Positions 12,074 through 24,000 of a DNA stretch of 64,000 bases are shown here, piece after piece; positions within the stretch are counted from its first letter, which is position 1; every line of letters begins with the position of its first letter. A program made the position numbers and the translations under genes. The notes under the pieces are model-generated. The model did no database searches and was not told where the DNA came from. It saw nothing but the letters and a program-made list of their open reading frames with translations. Source of the stretch: Octopus sinensis (Eukaryota); the NCBI RefSeq assembly GCF_006345805.1, contig NC_042999.1, forward strand, positions 134,974,001 through 135,038,000, written 5' to 3'.

Positions 12074-15000
12074 ACATTGTGTACAGTGCTCAGGTGCACT
12101 ACAACTCATCGAAAGTGTATATATAATCAGGTGTAGTTTCGACGGATTTCGGAAAGCATGAGGGCCTTAAAGGATGCAGTATCATGGCAGTCAACAACTG
12201 ATGCAGGCAGTTTATTCCATGCTTCAGCAACTCTGAGTGTGAAGAAATGTTTCCGAAAGTCATGGGAGCTGTGTTGTTTTCTGACTTTGTAGGCATGTCC
12301 ACGTGTGTTAGACACATGGAGATCAAAAAGGTGTTCAGTGTTGTTATTGATGAGGTGGTTGACAACTTTGTGGGTGTTTACCAAGTCCGTCGCCAGACGC
12401 CGGAGCTTCAGTGAATCCATGCCCAGGGAAACAAGGCGCTCAGAATATGGTAGGTGTCTGATGGAGGGTATGCGTTTGGTTGCACGTCTCTGAACAGATT
12501 CCAGGAGGTCAATGTTCTGAGCAAGATAGGGGTTCCAAACTGATGATGCGAATTCCAAGTGTGGTCGTACCAAAGCTGTATACAGTTTTAAATAGATGGC
12601 TGGAGAGCGGCTAACAAAAGTCTTGCTGAGTGATGCCAAGACACCCTCGGCCTTCTTGACAATTTTAGAGATATGCTTTGTCCAACGCAAATCACTGCTG
12701 ACAGTGATGCCTAGGTCACGCTCGCAAGAGGATTTCTTGATATCAGTGTTGTGGAGGGAGTATGTGGACGCAGGGTTTTTTCTCCCAAAATGCATGGTGG
12801 TACACTTGTCCACAGCCAGTTTCAGTTGCCAGTCTGTGATCCATTGCTGCATTGTGTCCAGGTCTGATTGCAGGAAAGAGCTGTAGACAACAGGATCTGT
12901 CCTCTTGATTTCAAGGTACAGCTTGATGTCGTCTGCATATTTTAATACTGTGGCATTCTTTAAATTTGCATCTATGTCATTAATGTATGCCACAAACAAG
13001 AGGGGACCAAGGACAGATCCCTGTGGTACACCCGATGACATCTCATATGGTGTAGAATGCTGTCCTAGAACTGTGACTACCTCCTTTCGGTTGAGAATGA
13101 AGGACTTCAACCAGTTAAAAAGGTCATCCCTCACACCCATTGCAGAGAGTTTCACCATAAGCCTTTTGTGTGGCACAGAGTTGAAAGCCTTAGCAAAGTC
13201 AAGGTAGACAACATCCACCCATGAGCCACTGTCAGTGATCTGAGTAATGTCCTCAAGGAACTCGACAAGCTGATCACTGCAGCTGGAGTTAGGGACAAAT
13301 CCATATTGTGAGGGTCGGATGAGACTGTGTGAGCTCCAGAAGTTCCAAAGTGTTTCTCTGACACACGATTCCATCAGTTTTGCAATACAGCTAGTGAGAC
13401 TGAGAAATAACCTGTGAATATTTCCCTAGGCCACTGCTAATTCACTCTTTTGCCACTCTTTTAGGTATTTTCATGAATTTTCATAATATTTTACATATAT
13501 TTCGTGAAGTTTTCTGTGGTTTTAAAATTTTTTCACCTGTCATGAAGTTTCTCTGGATTTTTATAATTTTTCGCCTTTTGTGAAGTTTTTTCTGCATATT
13601 ATTTCAAAGAAAGGGTGTTATCCTTAAAAAAAGTGTAGTAAATCTAGGCATAATATGACTAAGAAAGTCGTTCATGGGAATTTGAACTGGCGATGCACTC
13701 GCAATGGATGTAATGAATGTTTGTCAGTAAGAACAGGAAGAAAAAAAAAGAAAAATCTCGAATCCTTCATGTGCATTCAACGTATCTGACCACCAAACCC
13801 ACCAAAAGCCACTTTTGCTATTTGGAATAGGGGAGGGTAGTGGAGACCTCGAAATTTCCTGGAACCCAGAAATGGAAAGATTTGACTGCTGTTTCTAACA
13901 TGGCCTGCTACCACATAAAGGACCCACCATTATTGCAAATAGCCGCCAATGTGGGTGCACTTGTAAAAATTTACCCAAACACATACAAATACATTAATAT
14001 AACAAAAAAAAGAAGTGGAGCTGGATGACAGTCACGCACACACACACTCCACAAAAACCAAGCTTTCGGAAATTTCTTTTTTTTCTTAGTGGATTCCAAG
14101 GTTTTCAATGACAGAGATTCCGACTATGCAAAAAATCATGTTTTCAAAATTTTAAATTCCCCCTTCCCACCAACCCAATTTTTTTAATTTTTAACTTTTT
14201 CAAAATTTTTTTTAAAATCTATGTGGAAAAATACGGAGGTTAACAATATGGCAAACAAAAAAATTAATCAATTTCAAATTTTATATGAAAAACTTCAAAT
14301 TTGATCCACACACCCCTCGCCACTCAGCAAAAAAGGGTGCACATGTGCAACAATCTTTACAGTTCACTGAAAATGAGCAGCTGAGGAGGTAACCCATGAG
14401 CTCCACTCATTTTTAATTAGATGTGCAAAATAACAGCCAAATCTCTAGTTTTAAATTCTTTCTTTAATTATCTACTAACAAATTCGGAAATAACAGTTGG
14501 GAAAAAAATTTATTTTACAAAATTTCAATAATTAAATCAACAAAAATATCTAGTTTGAGCAGTTCAACATATAAATACAAAAACTATAATTGAATAACAG
14601 AACAGAAGACACTTTACAGGGAAAAAACCTGTACAATTAAAATGACTTGCAACAAACTGGAATTTACTGAGGATAAACCTCAGCAATATGTCTCAGAAAA
14701 GTGTGGGGATTCCAAAGTCTGTTTCTGGTCATTATGCTGTAAAACTCCATAAACATGCATTCGTCAACATGTGACCATTGCATTAGTTTAACTCTGGAAT
14801 CATCATAATGGACCTCAAAATAACATCTTTCTCCAGTGAATGATCTTTAGTTGAAAAGCAACAGAGGGCAGACAAATGGCAATTAAGAATTAAAATTTAA
14901 AAAAAAGTTTAATGTCGTGATATAACTTTGTGTGTGTGTGTGTATGTGCATGTGTGCAAGCATGCATGTATGTGTGTGTGTACATGTATGCATGTTAATG

Positions 15001-18000
15001 CACATTTCGAAAAAGTTAAACATTTTAAAATTTGGTGGGGGGGGGCAGCATTTAAAGTTTTAAAACGTGATTTTTTGCATATTTGGAATCTTCATTATTG
15101 AAAACCTAGAAATCCACTGAGAATCGTTTACCTTTAAAGCGAAAAAACAAGACTGACATATACAACAGGAATGTAAAACAAGCTGTTTTACTTGTTTCAG
15201 TCATTCATTTTTAGTGAGCTGTAAAGATTGTTGTGCATGCACACACCTTTTTGCTTGGTGGGGGGATCAAATTTGGAGTTTTATATATAAAATTTAAAAT
15301 TAATCAATTTTTTGTTTGTCATATTGTAATTTTCTCCATATTTTTCCATGTAGATTGAAAAAAAAATTTTGAAAACAGTTAAAAATTAGAAAATTCAGGT
15401 CATGGGGGGTGGGGTGGGATTTAAAATTTTGAAAATGTGATTTTTTTGCATATTTGGAATCTCCATATTTGAAAACCTAGGAATCCACTGAGAAAAAAAT
15501 TTCCAAAAGCTCGGTTTTTGTGGCAGGGAAACTGTCATCCAGCTCCACCAAAAAAAAATAAGAACATGATGGTACAACCTTACACAGGGACAACCTTACA
15601 CAGGGTACAGCCTTACACAGGGTACAGCCTTACACAGGGTACAGCCTTACACAGGGTACAACCTTACACAGGGTACAACCTTACACAGGGTACAACCTTA
15701 CACAGGGTACAGCCTTACACAGGGTACAGCCTTACACAGGGTACAACCCTACACAGGGTACAGCCTTACACAGGGTACAACCTTAAAGTTGACACCATTC
15801 GCTATGAGTGTTTATTACTGGATAAAAATAGACGGCTTTTCGATTTTTTAAACATCTGTAACATTTTCCATCAAATACCAACCTCCACAATTTGCTACTC
15901 ATCTGAAGTACATATGTATTTCAACAGTTCTACCAAATACACTCTCTTTCTTGAGCATAAAAAATCCTCTTCCCAGATGACAATAACTTATATGTCAGAT
16001 TGTTGCACAAGTTCTAGGTGTTTTGATAAAGGAAATCAGAAAGGTTTGAAATGATTTCATAGGCATTTACTTGTACCTTAGAGCACTCTTTCAATAACAA
16101 CACATTGATCTTATAAGTGTCACGTAGTGGAAATAAACGCAATTACCAAACTTTCATTTATAAAACCATTTATTATTTGGGTTCTTTTTTTTTTTTTTTG
16201 CATTCCAATTAGTACATTTGTGCTCCCAATTGCATACAAGCGCACATGTAAAGTGACATCCTTTATTTTATAATCATTATTTGCTGATATAAAAAAAAAG
16301 TTATATATTGAAAAATAAATATATTTTGTAGGAGAGCCAAGGGTCAAAAGAGGGCGTTTGGCCCAAATGGGTTGAGAACCTTTGAACTAGATTCATTAAA
16401 GTGATACAGTTGATGTTCAGCTTCAACGTTTTTATTGCTGATGGAGTGTGTTGAGGGAAGGAGAATGAGCAGGGAAAGAATTCGAAAGGAATGCAGCTTC
16501 TGCGGGCAAAGGTAAGGGAGATTACTCAGCTTGAACAATATTAAAAAAAAGTACTGAAAAATTATTCTTTTTACATTAACACAAGGAGAGGAAATGAGAT
16601 TGCAGGATGCTCATGCTACTGAAAAGGAAGACTGACATAAGTGATGGGCAATTTTTACAACGAAGAACCAGAAAACAGGTGTTTATCTCTACCTTATTGC
16701 ATTTTCTACAGTAATTTGTAAAATATAGTATACTAAAGAGTATATATTATACTAAAGAATCTGTTGAAAGAAAGTGAGGAAAACACATATGAATTGTCAA
16801 AAGAAAAAGCCAGATTATTAGAAAATACTGTTCTTTGGGAAAAGACATGAAAATCAAAATAAAAATAAGAAGGTTTGTCAACTTACTTTCATGCTTTTTA
16901 TAAGATTGGCATCGTTATTAAGAAACTTTTTCATAACATGGCGCAATGCAAAACCATAAATACAGAGACCATGAAGTGGGGGTTTCTCTTGACCTGTTCA
17001 TAAGATTAGAAATAATGGAAAGATATAATTTTGATATCAAACAATATTTTTCTGTAGAAGTGTATCATACTTGTTACACATACCTGTATGTTCTGTCTTT
17101 TATTTAGAAGTTCTTCACTGTGAACACTAATGTAAGTTTTTTTTAATAATCTCAACATATTTTGAATCCTAACCACTATTCTATCAAAAGCTCAGTCTGC
17201 ATATTGAGAAGTAGGATATGAATTATGCTAATCTAAGGTAAAAGTTAATTTATCAAATAATGATTTAACATCTAAAATTTTTATCTAATATTGGTTTCAA
17301 ATTTTGTCACAAGGCCAGCAATTTAAGGGAGGGAGTAAGTCAATTACATTGACCACAGTATTTATTGGTACTTATTTTATCAACCCCCAAAAGAATGAAA
17401 GGTAAAGCCGACCTCAGCAGAATTTGAACTCATAATGTAAAGATGGACGAAATGCCACTAAGCATCTTACCCAGTGTGCTAACGATTCTCCGAGTTCACC
17501 GCTTTAATTTTATCTAATATTGAATCACTAAGTTAAATATAACTGAAATTTACATTTATTACAGGAAAATGGCCAGATAAATAACATCATAGATATGAAA
17601 TATAACAGTCTAAAAAATTACACTTACCTGCCATCTTGGCAAAACTAGGATCAATGTGTAAGGGGTTGTAATCTCCACACAAACGGTAAAAGGCAGCCTA
17701 AAATTAAAACCAAATTTAGGATGAAATAAAATATGTAAAATATTGAAGGTTTTATGAAGTACAATTGAGCAGTGGTTCTCAACTGGAGTCCATATAAGAT
17801 TTTGTTTTTAAAACTTATGAGCAATAAATTGGTTATACTTGTACAATACACAAAATATTTTAACAATTTTTCATACAATTCCTAATAATGTTTAATTATA
17901 AAAATATGTGATTTTTTTTTTTTTTTTGACATCAGATGATTAGGAGGGTACGTCAAAGTAAAACAGGAATGAAAGGGGACCATAGGTAAAAAATGGTTGA

Positions 18001-21000
18001 AAAACATTGTAGTAGAGTGTATGAAATGTATGGTATGTATTGCTTAAATAATGCAGTCAAATGTGTTGTGTAAAGATGGGTGTGCTATGTAAAATTAAGC
18101 AACTACACGTAACACCTACACAGGAAAAGAAATTAAAATTATGACATGATCAACACTGCTAAAAAAAAAAAAAAAAAAAAAGGTAGAGAGAACATGGAAA
18201 TTACTCACCTGGTCAAGTAATGTGCTTTCTTCAATTACAGCATGAGGTTGAGTTGAAGGAGGTTTTGATAGGGCTTTAACAAATGCTGAATCTTTTGGTC
18301 CTCCAAATCCTCCAGAACCAACTTGGAAAATACTGAACTGATTAAAGGCCACCTTTTCTTTAGCTTCATTGAAAGACTCCACTGAAATCATTAAAAAAAT
18401 CTGTGTCTGTCATGTCACATAGACAAAACTGCATCAAAAAGGTCCAGTTACTACTTCAGGTCAAACAAAATGTTTGAATCATAAATGGCTGCTTAACCTT
18501 TAGAAAATACACATACACCCAACAATGGAATATCTATTGCTCATACAGTTGGTTAAGTGTAGTCATCACACTATGCACCTGAAAGGCAAAGCAACACTCA
18601 CTCCATGTCCAAGAAAAAGTTGTTCACTTTACAAGCAAAGTCAGATGGCCCTTGTAAGCTCTCCAAGACTAGTGAAGTTGGCACTATTAACATACTGCTT
18701 AACAGTTGCCAATTGACAGCTGCAGGAAATAATTAAACAAAGAGGGATTCCAAAGGCCAATATTTTGGAGAGAATATCAGCCTTTTGGACACCATGTTTA
18801 ATTTGGGGCTTGGATAGAAGGAGGGTGGAACAACATGGCTAGTAACAGGAGGAAAGATATAAAAATCAGAAGTGCTTGAGTGGAGATAGTATGAAATCAG
18901 CTAGCTCCAAGAAACAGAGGCCATTACAGTAGGACCAGAAAAAGCAGAGAGAGAAAACATCACACAGTGGACCAGAGACTGAATCATGTTTGTGATTGAC
19001 TTGATGCCAATAAGTCAAGATGTTGTTCTCAGGATATGGTCAAAGTGTTTGTGCATGCAGTAACAGTAACATCCTAATTGTAGAAGCAATACTTCATCGT
19101 GGTTTTCACTTGAGCCTTTATAAAGTATGAGCATTTTCTGGCCCTGCTCCTTAGGGCCAATCTTTGGTGTCTGGTCCTAGGTATGTTAAGAATGTGCTTC
19201 TTCTCAGTCTCGTCATGTGTAACATTTGGAACATTCGAAAGGGTTCAAGTTGCATGTTGCTCATGTTTAAAGGTGAGGTGAGGTGTAGTGATGTTTTCTT
19301 GATATGAGTAATACCTCTGTCTTTAGGTGGGTTTTTGTTATTGAAAGAGACAAACTGAAACATCCCCATTGAAGGAAGCTTTTAAGGTCTCTGTTCATGG
19401 AACCAGTGCAGGTTTGGCATGGGGTGTCTAAACTACATATGAGTGACACACTGTTGAAGATTAGAGAAGAATAAGGGTAGTATTCACTGCATAAGAGTTA
19501 ATGTTTTTAGACAATGTGGCAAGCAGATCAAGAGAGTTGGGGACAAAACCCAATCCTGGGACACAGCAGAGTAGGCAGAGTGAGAAACAGAAAAAAACAA
19601 CCTTCAACCCATGCTACAATAGTGTAATCTGATGGGAAACTACCAATCCAGGAGATAGGAGATGGATGAAACCCATCAGAAGATAGTTTCCATGGAAGAT
19701 TCACATGTCAGGCACAGTTAAAAGCTTTGCTGATAGTGCAAACAACAGCACTGCTTTCATAAAATTTTTCTAAGGTAAGAACCCAATGGTAGGAAACATC
19801 AGAAAGTAAGTCTCCAGTGGAGCTGCCTTTATGGAAGGTGTACTCATGGTCACTGAGAGAGAGAGAGAGCGAGAGAGAGAGATATTCGAAGCATTGGGGG
19901 AAAATCATCATTAACAGCAGTCATCATTACATTGAGATATTGGAAGTGGGTATAATAGGACAATAAATGCCAGGAACAAAGAAGTTGCCTTTCTTGGGAC
20001 TGGAATATACTGCAGAATGTTTCCAAAGAGCAGGTTACATCCCTGAAGAGAGTGGGATGCTGAACAGTTTGGTAAGTATAAGGATTAGCTCTGGAGTACA
20101 ATGTTTGCAATAGAGACCTTCTTTGTTTGAAGCAGTCTGGAATCAGTCTTACACTTGGTATGTATATAAGGTAGTGCACCTGGTGAAGTGGAAGGGAGAT
20201 TTGCCATGAGTGTGATACAATGCAGTTGAATGCAAAGAGGGCAACAAAGCCAGAGACATTCTAACAGAACCATCTTTGCTGAGAAATGGAGTAAAAGCAG
20301 ATCTTAGAGATACTTTTGACAAAAAACCGAAAGAATCAACTGCAGTATGGAAGGTGGGAAAGCATGAGGGGTGTCTGATGCACAAAGACATCTTTTGTGC
20401 AAGATGTGGTCTTGCAGGATTTTTAGTCCTGGGTAAATGTTACCCAGTTTTATGGGGTAAGCAAGCTTCTTCAGGCATTGTAGGCCTTGTTCTTATTCTG
20501 TTGCCTAAATGGGGTCAATATAGTCACGAGTGAAGCACTTGGGTTACTTGTGGCACTGTGTTTTGTTGTGTATGAGATGTGGACAAGCATACCTAAAAGA
20601 TTAGTTTCAGTTACCTGCCATGCTATTTCAGATGAGTGAAGCATGAAACATTTGTGCTATAAAACTAATGAAGAGTCAACTAATCACTTGACTTGAAGTG
20701 CCATAGGATACAGTTGAGTGTGTTGAGTAATGTGTGAATATATATTGGATAGTTGCAATGAAGCTATGCTTGAATAACCTGAGAGGTGCAGGGACAGTTA
20801 CAGTCTAGTAGAGGTTAAGTTTGGCTGTGAGAAATAGATCAAAGGTATATGAAGTGCCTGGGTGTTGGTCTGGTATGCATATAGTGGGTGAAAGAAGTTG
20901 ATGTAAAGAGTTAAGGATTGCAAAAGATTCAGTTTCTGAGCTGGTACAATCGGTATGGGATATGAGTGAGTGTGTGCCATGAAGAGTTATGAACACTTAT

Positions 21001-24000
21001 GCAAGAAGTAAACAGTACAAACATGTGATAAAAAAGACTTACCCTCAAAGAGAATGACAGCACCAGAACCTTTGTCCAGAATATCAACAACTCTGCCCAC
21101 TGAAGTGATTTCACCACCTGAAGCCAATGGTTTGAACAACTCTATATACTGTTCTCCATGAAGGACCTGACAAGTAAAAATTAGTTAATACCAAATGAAC
21201 AATAGCCAGAATCTCACGCCTTGAATTTCTGAGATGACAATAATAACAAATTTTCTAATCAGCCACATCTGTAAAATTTTTGTATTTGACTCTACTTTTC
21301 ATCTGATTTTATTTCCAATCATTTTCAAATATCCTTATTCATATAGCTATCCTTAAGCTGGATTATAACTCAGAATCAATCATTTCTATTGTAAAGTTTC
21401 AATATTCATAACCTATCAATAGTCATATCCAGATGTAACCATAGTTCACTCTCTAATATCACAGAAAATCTACTTCTCACTATATGTACTGATTCACTGT
21501 TAAGATGTCACACGTGCTAGGTTCTTTTAGTATGTATTTAACCCTTTCATTACTATATTTCTGACCAAATTACACCCCTTATGTGTTTCAATTAATTTCT
21601 AACGTAATCATAAATTTAGTCTGGTTTCATTAAACAACTATAACTTTTTTATTTATCGATATATTAATCTGATTTTTGGAAGATAATTTAATGAAATATT
21701 CTCAACCAATTCTATACTATAATTTTTGTCACAAAGTGACTCTAATTGCAGGTAGATACAGGTAAATTCAACAAAATATAAAATTATTAAAATTTTGTTC
21801 AAACATTGGTATAGAAAATGGGTTATTAGCTAATATTCAATTGGGTATACAACAAAATTTTACGATAGAATTTGTTATTCTGGGTAACTTTCTGATACCC
21901 TTAATAATATTTATGGCAAAATAGTCTTAATTTCATTTAAGGTTGTGGGAAATAACAAACTATCCTTTCTTTCGCTTTGTTTACGTTTAGCGTAACGGTT
22001 CGTTTCCGCTGTAATGATTTCAAATAGGCTCAATCGAAAAAGTAAATAGAAATAGCCCAAGGCTTTACTCTCCTGGGAAAGTCTGTGGCTTGGTCCAGTT
22101 TCTTCAGAAAAATCACCGAAAGAAACAGTTTTTAAATTTTCACTCCATTCAGGTGCCAATTCATTTTCTTTATCGCTGTCGGAGATCTCGGATTCACAGT
22201 TTTCACTTTCGGAAAATGAAACATCAGATTCATTATCAAATACCACATGCTTTTTTTTTTCAGCCATCGAGTTAGATTTATGAAGGTCTTCAGTAGAAAA
22301 TCATTTGAATTCTGACTCGCTGCTTGATATAATGAAATTCGTATCCATTTTTTGTCAGAATTACAAATTTTGAAAACACAATAGGAACAAATTTCGGAAA
22401 AAAATCTCCCAAAATTCACGGAATTAAAATTACACTTCGATTATTGTACAAAACTGTAGTTGAACTCTTTACGAAGTATAATACGTGTTTTCACGAATGT
22501 ACTAAAGAGATTTGCTCTGATATTCTCATTTAAATATGAATAGGGCGGGTTTGGGCGGTTTGGTCACATTAACCAAAATTGTTTTCGGGCGGCTTTGGGC
22601 GGTTTGGTAACGAAAGGGTTAACCAAGACTTTTTCCCAGTTACATTACCAAAATTGTTTACATTTCCTTAAGAACATAAACTAACATCCATGGAGCAGCT
22701 TGGGTACAGGTTCTTAATCTTCCCTTGAAACCTTCATCAAAACTGATATTTAAAGCTCTTATTACAAATCAAGTATCCCTAGTCACACAATTTATGTGAA
22801 AGTAAAATTTAAAAAGCTTAATAATAATTTTCTAAACTCCAGCATGCCATTACAATATGCATCTGCCTCCAGATTGTCTGACAGATTTACTGTCATGTTA
22901 AGTATAACCATAATGTAAACAGTAAAAAATATAGTCATAATAAAATTGTAATGTGTATAGAATAAGAGCCAAATCAAATATTTACTTTTGAATGACAACC
23001 TTAATATCATGCATCTTCTCATTTCAAGTGAATTGGCCTGGGCAACAATAACACAATTAAAGATAAATAGCATCAATGATAATAATTTTGATTATTGGTC
23101 ACAAGGGCCCAGGATGTAAGGAAGAATAAAAATGGGAAATACATAAGAAAACAAGAAACAATGAGAAGGATACATCAAGTAAAAGGATGGTATTAGCAAT
23201 AATCATAAAGACACATCAGTAAATAGATAACAATAGCAATGATACATCAAACAACAAAATAAAAATGAATATGTATGTGTGTATTCATATATATATATAT
23301 ATAGTTAATCCAAACAAGAAAACACAGAAAAAAAGAGAAAAAAACACAGCAACGCGAGGATGTGGAACAATTAAAGTATTATTGACGCTATAGACTATAA
23401 TGGAGAAAGCTGCTTATTAATTAGGTATGTAAAAATTACTAAAAGTACTAAAAGAAAGCAATTATTAAAGGGTTGACCATCTGAAAATATGTTCTAAGAA
23501 ATTTTCTATAATTTTGATTTCTCAAGTTTCTTGAATTTTTTTAACTCCAGTTTCTTACAAATTTAAATATTTCATTGCCTTCACTATGGAGTATTCCTTT
23601 CTCATTTGCAAAGTCTCTCACTTTCTGTTTTAAGTTTTCATTCTCTATTTGGAAAACCAACAGCTTATTCTATTAATGTACACATAATTTATTATTTATT
23701 GAATGAAAAATTTTAAAATACCCATATAATTTTTGACTGTGGGATAGCTGTGAGAAGAGCCAAGAAAGTTGGGTAATTACTATTAGAAGATGAGGAGAAA
23801 AAAGTTACCGACAAGTACTTGAAACTTGCACATTATTCACAGTTTCCAAACTCTCTGTACCACTAAGCCAAATATACACAAACAAGTTGCACGAGCAACT
23901 TCAACAGTGATACACTCGCGCATACACATAGATATACATACACACAAATGAAAGGCAATGAATGTGTGCGTGTGTGTAAGTGTGCGTTTGCTGTTCACTG

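Larger units (their letters stand above)
9665..16384. mobile_element. Possible single hAT (Charlie/Buster-like) relic expanded by nested insertions
   Basis: Identical 13-bp inverted termini caaaggttctcaa / ttgagaacctttg; 8-bp flanks atctagag vs aactagat (6/8). Confidence 0.45.

Noticed and set aside
12305-13207. Plus-strand ORFs of 62-100 aa
   Set aside because: They are antisense shadows of the CR1 RT frame.
15518-16054. 178-aa ORF with 17-aa periodicity; CRISPR-like appearance
   Set aside because: It is a read-through of a 17-bp tandem repeat with no unique spacers, no cas genes and a eukaryotic intron context.
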